Shown here one piece after another: positions 38,884 to 51,031 of a stretch of DNA of 64,000 nucleotides. The notes below the pieces were generated by a model. The model did not search any database and was not told where the DNA came from. It worked only from the letters and a program-made list of their open reading frames with translations. Position numbers and translations under genes: made by a program. The stretch spans positions 34,908,001 to 34,972,000 of the forward strand of contig CM119372.1 in assembly GCA_051294905.1 (NCBI GenBank), read 5' to 3'. How positions within the stretch are numbered: the first letter of the stretch is position 1; every line of letters starts with the position of its first letter. The DNA is from Botryllus schlosseri (lineage: Eukaryota).

Positions 38884-39186
38884 GTAATACAGAATAGAAT
38901 ATAACATCATCACACTGCCTACTAGTAAGGGAAACTTATGAAAATCTGTGAACTATATTGTTACCAATAAATTTCTTCACCAATATGTTTGTTAATGTGT
39001 GTAATAGCATGTGGTAAAATGTTGAAGTTCAACTCTTGTGGGAAACCCCCGAAAAAAGTTGTTAAATTTGACGAATTAAAAATAAAATGAATAAAATATA
39101 AAAAAATCTTTATCGCCTGTAAGTAACTTAGGACGGGTTTAACAATGGTTTTCCAAGATTCTCAATTGATTGTTAACACTTATATA

Positions 39187-39252
39187 TCACTACAAGCTCT
39201 GCTTAGTGTCACTACAAGCTCTGCTTAGTGTCACTACAAGCTCTGCTTAGTG
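39187..39252. repeat. Perfect 22-bp tandem triplication
   Basis: TCACTACAAGCTCTGCTTAGTG x3. Confidence 0.95.
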
Positions 39253-39744
39253 AAAAACGCCACACTCACTTTTATATTCATGCGCAAAATAGCCTGTATT
39301 TCGCATAGCTATGTTGACTGAAGAGGTAGCCTATTTCTCATGCACAATATCAGACATTTCAACAGGCATTGCCTATGCCTTCTTCGGACTCAACATCATC
39401 GTGACTGCAATTCTTGCGTTATAAGGCCTTTACATAGTCCACATGCCGAAATGTATGTCTCCTTATTCTTCTTGCTGCTGTGTAGCCTATTCGGTCGTTG
39501 CAATCTTAATGACAACTACATCTTGTAAACTACAATAGCTCATCAGGAGCCAACGATTCCAGTATTGGAACTGGCTCATATCCCTGCACGTCTATTGTCC
39601 ATCCGTAATCGCTGGGGTTCGGAGACATGTTCTGTATAAGAATCCAATCCCGGGTCTGCACGTATTCGCGGAGTGAACGTTGTGCACTGTGCAGTTGCAC
39701 CCCTTGTTAGAGGTAGTGTCTCCGGTTTGAATGGCGGCCACGGC

Positions 39745-41326
39745 AAGGAACGAGTACGCGTACGACTCGCGAGGCTATCCACGTAGGTATTTTTGCCTAC
39801 GCAGACGACCTCACCTTGCTTGACCCGAATACCGCATCGGCACAGCGCCTCATCAACCAACTAGAGGCCGCCGCTGCTCTTATTGGCCTCCAGATCAATG
39901 CCAAGAAGACTGAGGTTCTGGCCATACCGGCTCTGTCGGAGAACGCGACACCAATTCAACTTGGAGAAGTCAGGCTCAAAAATGTCAAGAGTTTTATATC
40001 CCTCGGTATTGACGTCGCCACCTCTGGAAAAGCACTGAAGGCGAGGCGAGCAAAGGCCTGGGGCGCGGCAAGACGGCTACATTGCCTCTTCCACCTAAGT
40101 GCCTCACCCGAGCTCAAAAACCGCATTTTCCGTGCCACTGTCGAGCAGGTTGTTCTCTACGGAATAGAAGCACTCACGCTGACAGAAAAGCTAGCTAAGA
40201 CACTCAACGCCAACTACGATGCATTCCTCCGCTACGCACTCGGCATCCACCATCCGGAGCACGTATCCACCAATGCTCTGCGCAAACTTACAAAAACGGT
40301 CCCATGCCGTTTGCTGGCTGCTGAACGACGCTTCCGCCTAATCCAGTGGTTCCCAACCTTTTTCGTCTCGTTCCACCCTTGGCCGATATTTGAGCTAAAA
40401 TCCCCCCCCCCTCCTATGAAAAAGTTGCATGTGGCTGAAAAAATGTGCTTTTTAACGCGCAACCATTCGTTGACTGAGCAACTAATGGCCAAACATATTC
40501 AGATATGTGCGAACTATGGCGAATGTGGACCGCACTAAACTTTGGTAAAGTACAGTCAAATTTGAACTGTTTTTGACCGGTCGGGTAGCCTCTGACGAAA
40601 AATAAATCACCAAGTCCGCTTGCTATGGACTTGAGTTGAATCGATCAATTTGGTACGGTATGTTTTTCACGTTAGCTCATATGTTGGCTTAAAAAGTTAA
40701 ACAATTTCACTAGCAGCTTTGTGCTGAATTCGGCTTGACGTTTTCCTGCTTTGTAGCAATTTGGTTGAGAGGCTGTCGCAGACCTAACGAAATCGTCTCG
40801 TGAGCCTCACTTTGTCAGGGGGTGTATTATATACGGAAGGCATTTAAACATACAACTAGCTTGAAATCCGCTGAAGAAATATACAATTGTAAAGAACTAA
40901 TTTCTACTTAAAACAGTTCTATACCATAAAAATCTAAAAACCCAGTGTATCTTCCGATACAATGCCAAAGCCAGATTACCCCCTAAAAATTTCAAAATTC
41001 CCTCCAAGGGGGGAATTCTCCCCGGTTGGGAACCACTGGCCTAATCAGTCATCTTGTGCGGCATCAAGACGATCAACCAGCCGCCGCCATCATCAACCAC
41101 AATACGACGGAGCCATGGCGCAGAGGTGGCTGGAATAGAACCACATGGCGCTCGACAATAGAGACCGAGCTAGCGCAACGCGGGCTTTCGCTCGAAGATG
41201 CCCACGACCACCCACGCTGGAGGCGCTTAACAAGGGGCCAAAACGGATTATCTTGATGTTCTTTTGTTTCCTGTTTTCTTTTTCCCTTTTATTTAAATAT
41301 TTATTTGAAAGTCGATATATATATAT
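39745..41326 (+). mobile_element. 5'-truncated RTE-like LINE (RT C-terminal half)
   Basis: FAYADDLTLL at ~39790, GLQINAKKTEVL and VVLYGIEALTLT; the frame rejoins across the MITE at 40344-41038 and stops at 41256; T-rich 3' UTR with (TA)n tail. Confidence 0.85.
40344..41038. mobile_element. Buster/Charlie-type hAT MITE inside the RTE-like LINE
   Basis: TIRs CAGTGGTTCCCAACC; perfect TSD GCCTAATC. Confidence 0.95.
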
Positions 41327-42351
41327 CTGGTTTGATCACTCCTGCAGCAGTCTTCCTGGAGAACATGTTGTGTCTTTTGGCGAACTGCTGTAACCGTCAA
41401 AGACCACAATGACATTCTGAAAGCAACTGCCTATATACTGCACGTAGCTTGGGTAATTGTAGGCAATTCCCTGCCATGTCTGACGTTGTTCCCACTTCAC
41501 CCTGTGCATAAGCTATCCATCATCAATTATGAGGGTACAGCTTGGTTGGCTAGTCAAGTCAAGTGGGTCAGTTAGGGCCTACCGGGTTGTATTGAAAATT
41601 CTGCCTTGGTAGCCTTGTTCATCTTCTGATCTTTGTTGCTGAGCAGGGACAGCGGGAAAGGAGTGAACTCATACTGTAAGCTTGTCGCAACATCCATATC
41701 CAGCTGGGTGAAAATGATCAGTCGGTTTTGAGTGATACCGAACCTTGCACCAATAAGAAAATGTACCTGAGTGAAGTGTAATTGGTAAATACGTGAAGCT
41801 GCCATTGATTTTTGATTTAGGTTGTGGTCAGGTCTGTTCGAGCTACGCTCAAGTGGGGTAATAAAAGGGGTTACGCACCATAATCGCTAAAATATCTACG
41901 TGCTACATGCTATCATTGCACAATGCACATGGTAATGTTTAATAAATTATTTAAAGTATTCAACTGGAACTCCATATTTGAGAAGTGTCTCAACAGCCAC
42001 AATACCTCTTGTGCCACCAAACAATGCATTGGGATTGCAAATATTCTGGTTGCTCTTTTTAATATTTTCGTTATGACGATAAGAGGGGGTGAAATGTGTT
42101 ACTTTCATCTAAGGGCGTGTCGAAAAAAGTTTGAGAACCACTGATGATGGCCTGCAGGTGTGAAGCATCTTGGTAACAATGCAGAACCGATTCCCATTGT
42201 GGTCTGCGAGTCACGCGATTCTGATAAAGACCTTGGGCATATCTACCAAGTAGTGGTAGGCTACTCCAGTGCTCTTCAACCGGGGTTTTCGTACACCCTA
42301 GGGTGAACCAAAATTTTGAAAGGGTGTACCACTCACATGGGGTGTACAAGG

Positions 42352-43561
42352 CAGAGGTGGTCAGTAACGAAGTACTTCTATTTTTTCGAAGTACTCAAGT
42401 AGTTTTCCTCTACTTCTGGTACTTACTCAAGTAGATCTGATTTTCGCTACTTCTACTTCTACTTCGAATTATTTTCTGATCTACTTACTTACTTTTCGCT
42501 ATTTTCAGTTTGTCAAGTAGAAGTAGTTTAATCCTCTAATCAGGAAGATATCCTGAGGAATTTCGAAGATGTTTTCACGGAGTATCAACATTTAATATTC
42601 ACAAAAGTTGAGTAAAGCCCAGAATTTTCGTCGCGCTTCGCGCTCAGTGGATACGGAGTAACCAGCATGATTTCACGAAAGCATCGGTGAATATAATTTA
42701 GGTAGTGGGTGGGCGTGGTTCCGTTCACATCGCATTGTCGCCCTTCGCCCGTATGAAATATTTCCTCACAGTATATATGGCTCATCATAACATTTGAAAC
42801 TGATGTTTCCAAATCTAGCATTTACTTATCATATCGTAATCTAGCAGACAATGGCGTGTCCTAATCTGGAAGAGTGGAATCTGACTTTTGTTTTAGTTTT
42901 AGAGCTGTTTTTGCATACCACCTTTGAAACTTACTGAACAAACGACATGAAATACATTTTCCGCTTTTAGAAGTAGCCTAGTGTATATATTTAACTTTCA
43001 ATTCCCAGTATTTCCGGAAACAAAGCTACACAATATGGCATTTTTACGATCTACCATATTTTTAGTCACGTCTAATAATCGCGCAAAGTGTTTACATCGT
43101 ATCATATACAACTTCTCCGCATTGCCCTTCGACTAAACTACGGGCCTTATAATATGGGGGAGTGCGCCATACCATGATATTTTCTAAAACGTACTGTTCG
43201 AGTAAACAGAGGATTAGTATCGAATTTCCATATCAATACTATCATTTTCAACCTATGATGCGGACGATTGCTTATGCTGTCGAAAATTGGATACCTCATG
43301 GTATGCATCAATCTGAATAAAGCTTGGTACCTTTCGCATAGCTCAATATGCACCTTTTGACGATCCATGCGAACGAATTAAGATCGTTTTCACAACTACT
43401 TACTTACTTGAGTAGATTTAAAGTCAGTCAATTCTACTTCTACTTCAAGTAGTTTAAGGTTGCTTATAGAAAAAGTACTTCCACTCGTACTTGAGTAGAT
43501 TTTTTTGTCGCTACTTCTACTTCTACTTGAGTAGCTTTCTTGACTACTTTGACCACCTCTG
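42352..43561. mobile_element. Ac-type hAT MITE
   Basis: TIRs CAGAGGTGGTCA; perfect TSD GTACAAGG; TACTT/AAGTA subterminal repeats. Confidence 0.95.
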
Positions 43562-45169
43562 GTACAAGGGTGTACCAGATCCGAATTAAAATGGACCGAT
43601 GACTATATAGCTATCACAATGAAAAGGCCATTGTATGCTTCAGAACATTAATATGTTGGCCGGGCGTGCATTATCGTAAAATATGTTCATATCAGCTGTA
43701 CGAGCTTGTAAGCTATATTCCTTTTGGTGTATCATAAGCATATGTTTGTGCACATAACTTAAATGTTGGTATGGTCTTTTTGATTCCTTTTGGAGTAAAA
43801 AAGGATGGATATGACATGTGTTCCGCTTGCAATATCCGTCTATAATGATGCTTGAGGACACCAAGGCGACGGTTCAGAAATATTGAATTTGTACTTTCAG
43901 TGAGCTCCATATAAATATCGCAGTGTACATCATTACAGGGGCGTAGCCAGGGTGTCTCGAGGGGGTCTAGTTTGAGAACCACTGTGCTAGCTGGTGGTCC
44001 GGATCCTCAAGCCCTGATTAGTGTTTAGCATTTCAAATACGTTGCAGCATTGTTCAGTCTTATTTCAACAGACCAGCACCTGCAGACATACGGTCGCATG
44101 CAGCCGTTAAACAATATTCATGCAAAACATATTAATTAAATTAGAGCGTGTTTTGGCGTCCGTTAATATGAAATTTAAATTAACGAATTGGTTCTCAAAT
44201 CTTTGAGAGATTTTAAACTTGAAAATTTTATTCACGCTTGCGCGATTCGGGGGATCCGAATTTTTCGTATTTTATATATAGTGTAATCTAAGTCCCACCA
44301 AACAAATGCAAACCGTAAAGCAAAATGATGCACCTCATAAAGAAATACAAAGATGGATTCGTATGCGTGTATGCCTACACCCCCTCCATCAGCTCCATCG
44401 CTTAATCATTCACGTGTGCCAAGAATTGATAAATAGTTGACAGTATTATATGTAACTACCCATATTATTGACGAAATAAATCTTCCACATGTAAAGGTTT
44501 TTAGCGCCCGCGCGACTACTGTTACAATTAAAAACTTCCATACGCAAGGTATACCTCAAGAAATCAGTGATGGCGCAGAACACCACAAGCGCTCTCCGCG
44601 GTGTGAAGTTGCCAGTAGCCAATTTAACATGAGTATTAGGGTTGTTCAGAATTGACCGACTTTCAAAAATTCCAGGTTTTCAGTCCGATTCCCATGCCTT
44701 ATACCTTAAAAACATATTCTGGCTACTTTTATTTGTAACTCGTCCCCTGCATCCGTGTGCACATTGAGCTGGAAGAATAGCAGCTGAAAATAGGGGATTC
44801 TCCTAAAATCTGAGTGTCACGATTTTACCTAGCCTAGTTAAAGTGACATATAGCATGGATTTATGCAGCTGTTGCGGTTTGGAGTGCTACAAAACCCCAC
44901 TATATAAGGCATTGCTAGTTCAGAATATCATTTCCATGTCCCACACTGCCTTAGAACTGCTCAAAACTACCTAAAACTGATAGTCATTTTGTTGGATCAC
45001 ATATCCTACACCCCTCAAATTACCCGGCACTGTTCATCGATTTCCTGGATCCCCATGTGCAAGAATACAACTGTAAATGTAACATCCACTCACAGCCACA
45101 TAATAAACATCACAGGAAACGAAAAAATAAGGCAAAGAAAGAGACCAACGTGGCAAAATATTACATAAA

Positions 45170-46436
45170 TCAGGTGGATGAAATGGTTGCTTTCGAGAAA
45201 TCTGCATATCTGTTCCGGTGATCTTCCACAGCTTGTAGGAGGCTCGCTCGCTGTTTTTTGTCATCCGTTATGAACGCAGCATAGTCGGTATTCAATTTTA
45301 CCATACGCTCTGCTGCATCATTAACTACTTCAACAGTATTCACAAATTCTTGAGTCGTCACGAAATCCGGATCAGTATGCCATTCCGAAACTGGAAGACT
45401 CAACCAATCATGTTCCACATGTATAGCATCAATTAGAAACCACGATTCTGGCCCAATCAAATCGACCATACGCATTGACTCAGAGACAGAGCCAGAGATC
45501 AGACTGAGAGGCATACCTCTGCGAAATTTTTCAGGGATTGGCATTTTCAGCAATTTAGCAGCCATCGCTTCCTTCAGTTTGTCAGGAATCTTCGGATTAG
45601 CCGAGAACATGGTAAATACCACCATTTCCTAAGTTAGATACCAATGTACCAATGATGCTTTCGCAATTTCTTGTATGCCACATCAGCAACAGTGAGATCG
45701 CATAATGAAAAGTTTTTCATGTCATGAAGGAATTTGAGATCATTCCAAGGTGCGTCACATGCAATACCAGTTTTCAACCAAGCTGGAACATAAAACAAAG
45801 CAATGAATGAATTGATTCGTTCCAACTTTTCAATGAACTCTTCAGAATAGTCCATTTGGCCACTCCACATGAACATTTTTTGACAGTACAGTACTTGACT
45901 CATCCATCTAGCGCTATGAGTAGCACCAGGCTTGCGAAAACGATGATCAACATATTTGTCATCCAAAATCGCCAAGGTGCCTGTTGCACATGCTCTGTAG
46001 TCATCTCTTATCAAGACTTCTTTCTGCTTTCCATCATTAGGTTTCATCAGTGGGAATTATTTCTTGCTTTGCTTCATCAGCTTTCGTCGCCAACCAGCTC
46101 CCTTCAATAAACTTCAGCGTTTCACAGCTTCTTGATTTATCAATATGTTTCCACTTCTTCTTGAAGGTATTAAAATCCGGTTTTCAGGGCCTGTGGTTGT
46201 CGATCCAAACAAACACTTCCAAATCTCTCGAATGACCAGTTCATAAATATGATGGCGACAGGCATTGTAGAAAACTTTGCTGTTATTCAATTCTTCAAGT
46301 AACGGAACCGCACCTTTGTTTTTACCAGTGTTTGAGGATGTTGTGTCAAACACAAGAGCTCTAACAGATTTTGTTAAATTCCAAAGTTCCAGCAGTTCAA
46401 ATGATGCATCAGCCTGTGCTTTTCCTGTAGCACTTT
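45170..46436 (-). pseudogene. hATm-type transposase, N-terminus missing, frameshifted
   Basis: FDTTSSNTG, ACRHHIYEL, PGATHSARWM, LRKHHWY and VVNDAAERMVKL across ORFs 46114-46353, 45634-46047 and 45170-45625. Confidence 0.9.
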
Positions 46437-46848
46437 CCGACTATGCTGCGTTCATAATGGATGACAAAAAACAGCGAGCGAGCCTCCTACAAGCTGTGGA
46501 AGATCACCGGAACAGATATGCAGATTTCTCGAAAGCAACCATTTCATCCACCTGATTTATGTAATATTTTGCCAAGTTGGTCTCTTTCTTTGCCTTATTT
46601 TTTCGTTTCCTGTGATGTTTATTATGTGGCTGTGAGTGGATGTTACATTTACAGTTGTATTCTTGCACATGGGGATCCAGGAAATCGATGAACAGTGCCG
46701 GGTAATTTGAGGGGTGTAGGATATGTGATCCAACAAAATGACTATCAGTTTTAGGTAGTTTTGAGCAGTTCTAAGGCAGTGTGGGACGTGGAAATGATAT
46801 CCTGAACTAGCAATGCCTTATATAGTGGGGTTTTGTAGCACTCCAAAC

Positions 46849-47802
46849 CAGTGTTGGGATGACTCGAGTCATGACTTGACTCGAGTCAGACTCGAGTCAA
46901 CTTTTTCGTATGACTTGACTTGACTCGAGTCACTTTGACAAAATGACTAGACTTGACTTGACTCGGCGGTTCAGAAATGTGGATTGACTCGTGACTCGGA
47001 GCAAAATTTACGAGTCAATTTCAAGTCATCAAGTAAACGGTGTAGATTAAATATTTCTGTATCTTGTTTATGTTCGAATTATTCGCCACACGCCGCTGTG
47101 ACTTGTGAGAGCAACCGGTCATTCACTGATTGTACATTTCACTGATCCACCATTGCTATATCACAAATAAATTTACCGAAAACGAACTGATGACAGGTTA
47201 CGTTTATGTACTAGCAGTAGCATATTCTAATAGCAACGTATCTCTGTTTCTTAGACGGCTCAGTGCTTATATCGCGCAGTGCCCACCTTAACCAACCCTC
47301 TTGTATGATTTAAATCGAACGAATACAGTTTATGCGTTTATATTCTCACGGATGTGTAGATGGATAGTATATTATATCATATCATTTTGTTTCAACTTCT
47401 CGACGCTTCGTATTCGATCCTCTATTTTGGCTCACGTATTTGATTAGCTGCTCTACCTCTGCGTGAGCGATACAGCGCCCTTTTGCATGTATATTTGACC
47501 TTATACTCGATATTTGATTCAAGATATATGACCAATATATCTGTCTTTTACACATCTAGCAAAATGTAATGACTTTGAATCATCATTCATACTTTGAAAA
47601 TTCAATTTGACTTGAAATGTGACTTGACTCGTGACTTGACTTGACTTGACTCGACTTGATTCGAGTCACCTCCAAAAAACGAGTGACTTGACTTGACTCG
47701 AGTCACCTTCGAAAGTCGAATGACTTGACTTGACTCGAGTCAAAATGTGCAATGACTCGAAATGACTCGTGACTCGAAGGTAGTGACTTGATCCCAACAC
47801 TG
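46849..47802. mobile_element. Ac-type hAT MITE in the right arm of the fold-back
   Basis: TIRs CAGTGTTGGGAT; perfect TSD CTCCAAAC; GACTTGA/GACTCGA subterminal repeats. Confidence 0.95.
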
Positions 47803-50532
47803 CTCCAAACCGCAACAGCAGCATAAATCCATGTTATATGTCACTTTAACTAGGCTAGGTAAAATCGTGACACTCAGATTTTGGGGGAATCCCCTATTTC
47901 AGCTGCTATTCTTCCAGCTCAATGTGCACACGGATGCAGGGGACGAGTTACAAAACAAAGTAGCCAGAATATGTTTTTAAGGTATAAGGCATGGGAATCG
48001 GACTGAAAACCTGGACTTTATGAAAGTCGGTCAATTCTGAACAACCCTAATGAGTAGGCTATATGCAGGGCCGAAACAGCACTTCGTCAGCCCCCACCTA
48101 AAAAAACCTTGGTCTTGGGCCCCCATAGCGTCATAAACCAAACAGTAGACCCCTCATCACGGTCTACGTTTTATAACCGTTACTTTGTTAACGAAATTTG
48201 TTATACACGTTGGTGGGCTAGTTTATAGCGTAAGATCGCGCGAGGCGTGGAATTTTCTCTAATTCGTGATTGAATCCGTCAATAATATCAGAAATTACAT
48301 ACATATTGTTATAAATTTTGTTATTCTCTCTCTCTGCCCAGGTAATCAGATTTACTTTAAGATTTACAATCAAAATGAAATGTGTTGGAAAATGTATGGC
48401 CCGTAAATAAAAATAATTCGGGCGGGCCTCTTGATCTCCTCGGGGTTTTCAGTCAGCACAAGGGTAGTCCTTTTTGACCAATGTTTTCTCGCTGCCAATC
48501 ATTCTGGCACACTTCTAGGATCGCATTTTGTTACATGGCCTAAAACTTCATATGTCTTGGAGCGTCGTGGCGCGGTAATGGTCGACACCGAAATGCCTAT
48601 TGCTATTAATCTTGCATATTTTTCTTGGGGAAGGTTACCCAATAATCAAGAAATTTGACATTAAATCGAGCGTAGGGCGAAAGAAATTGAATGAAGTTGA
48701 ACAAATTTTTGAAAATATACTCAATAATTTGGGACCCCTTCGAACTCCCCCCTCCCCCCCAATCGACGGGTTTGGGGTGCGGCAGTTAGGGTCCTGATTA
48801 TATGCGCCGGAATGCGGTAGTATGCTATGTAAGGAATCGAAGCACGGCCGTGAATAACAAAGAGGTTTAACACCCCTGGTCTAGGCTTACTATACGCAAT
48901 CAATGAGTTATCCGGTTATGGGTGTAACAGTTTCAAGTAAACCTTAAAAGGGTGTACCACGACGAAAAAGGTTGAAGAGCACTGGGCTACGCCCCACAGA
49001 GAGCAGGTTTTCTTCCTCGTTTTACGAATCGATTGAACGTTTCTTCAAACCTTCGCCCAATTACTCGCACTCTGGGTCACAGTGTCTGGCTTTCATTTCC
49101 CCATCAGCCACCTTTTCCACGAATGACTTTATGTCACCACGCTTATCCTCAGTTAAGGCAATTTCCTTGGTATGTTGATCGATGCATCGATGAGGAGGTG
49201 AGCACAGATTGCCTTGTCGAAAAACCATCCATGATGTGGCTGGTTGGTGTGCTTCCAGCATGGATTAACTGGATCACATCTAGTAGCCGTGAATATTCCA
49301 TATTGTTACCAATTGATCCAAGATATTATTTCAATAGGTGAAAACCACCCAACCTTGGAATGACTGGCAAATTTGTCTTCTTCATTATATATATACCCTT
49401 CAGTAGAATCGGAAGACCGACGGTCACTATAGCGACCATATAATGCTGTGTTCACTTTTTAAGCGTGGTGAAGAAGGTTTGAGTTCATCAGGGTCTCCTT
49501 CAATAACTGGAATGAACTCGATATGTGTGCGTTCTTATGCATCATTAGCATTGCTTCTCTTCATCCAGCCATTCCAGTTGGAATATTAAAAGTCAAGAGC
49601 GTAGGCTTTGTTGACCCAAACTGCTGTTCATAGTGTGTTACCTGAAGAGATCAGAGGCTGATCCAAGCTGATCCATGAGCCAAGGATCGGAAATTATGGT
49701 GAAACAGCGACGATCCATTCAGTAACAATCGACAATGAACTCACACATAGCCGTGCTGGGTTCATAGTCGCTTTCGTACTTCGTTACAATTGCGTCTATC
49801 TTACAAAACGGATTGATACAGAAATACCGTTTTACCTCTTTCTGCATTGCTTAGTACTGTAATTGAGGAATTACTATAATGGTTTTAAGCCTATATATGT
49901 GTGTTTTACCCAGTATTACAGTATGCAGAATTTGTTGAATCGCTCGGTATCGAATTATGAATGGTGCAGCCCTACTTGTGACGGTACAGTTATGCCATCA
50001 GTGCCATTACTTTTACATATATTTCCACAAAACAGTTTGTAGTAAAATGTATATTTTAACAATCAATTGAGAATGATGGAAAAACCATTATTAAACCCAT
50101 CCTAAGTTACTTACAGCCGATAAAGATTTTTTTTAATATTTTTAATTTATATTACTTTTTAAAATTTGTCAAATTTCACAGCTTTTTTTCATAGTTTTCC
50201 ACAAGAGTTGAACTTCAACATTTTAACACATGTTATAAGAGACCTTGAAAGACATATTGGTGAAGAAATTGTTTGGTAACAATAAGTTCACAGATTTGTG
50301 AAATATTTCATAAAATACCCTTACTATACGTAATAAGTCCAATATACCGTTCTTTAAACGGACCAGGGCTGCGAAAACTTAGGCATGGTGACGATTCTGT
50401 CAAGACATATCTAAATTTATATATAGAGAGATGTAAGTGGTGTTATGGCTTTCTACACTGCGCAGTCTGCATTCAAATTATCGTATATTGATGCATAGTT
50501 CTGTCGTGTCGCTGTTATTTTACTCTCTAGAA

Positions 50533-51031
50533 CAGTGGGTCTCAACCGAAGGTCCGCGAGGTATTTACATGCTGGGTTCCACGAAACCTATAAATTTGCG
50601 TCAAATTTGTGGTCAATCAGGGTAACATCGTAATGTTTGCAAAACTTTCTGGATTTGAAACCGTCGCTGGAAAATGGATTCCTGAACAATTTTCGTGATC
50701 TGTCTCAGAAGAATATTTGTTCGTCACACGTTCTTGATCCACTTTCGGCTCTCGTTCATATCGAGTTGCACGCGTGGATTTCCAAGACACGATCACGCAT
50801 TTTATGATTTACTTGTGACGTGCAAATCCAATTAGCTGAAGTCGTTTTGAGACAATGAATTGTCTTTGCAGACTCCTCGTGGTATGAAGTCTGTTTTTGA
50901 AGTGTACAAGTACAGCCGACAGTTAACATTCGCGTAGGGCAGATGACGGTTGAAGGATGGTTGAGCTAAATTTGAACTAAAATGTGACTACCCAAAACGA
51001 CCTGCGAATACAAAAAGGCTGACAACCACTG
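50533..51031. mobile_element. Buster-type hAT MITE
   Basis: Ends CAGTGGGTCTCAACC / GGCTGACAACCACTG; TSD CTCTAGAA/CTCTACAA. Confidence 0.8.

Larger units (their letters stand above)
44637..48049. mobile_element. Fold-back hATm element with two copies of the 3' end
   Basis: Near-identical inverted arms 44637-45288 and 46437-48049 (the latter interrupted at 46849-47802); termini TAGGGTTGTTCAG; TSD ATGAGTAT/ATGAGTAG. Confidence 0.95.
42267..48984. mobile_element. Buster-type hAT MITE expanded to 6.7 kb by nested insertions
   Basis: TIRs CAGTGCTCTTCAACC; TSD GGCTACTC/GGCTACGC; GGGTGTAC subterminal repeats. Confidence 0.9.
38923..50326 (-). mobile_element. Decayed AcademX DNA transposon, inflated by nested insertions
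   Basis: ~250-bp diverged TIRs TAGTAAGGG...CCCTTACTA; 3-bp TSD TAC; minus-strand remnants in order: transposase GGFHLLK*YLGSIG..HIMDG (~49350-49180), YEFTPFPLSL..KMNK and PIN/XPG-like IIDG / VVFDGY (41680-41390), Cys-rich PNPSDYGW..APDELL..CSC..ACGLCKG (39625-39400). Confidence 0.85.

Noticed and set aside
39187..39252. CRISPR-like reading of this and other tandem repeats (25600-26340, 61969-62211)
   Set aside because: They are head-to-tail repeats without unique spacers, with no cas genes, in a eukaryotic context.
46277..46555. 92-aa ORF ending in the transposase C-terminus
   Set aside because: It is a by-product of the fold-back junction (antisense transposase joined to the duplicated 3' end) and starts at a non-ATG codon.
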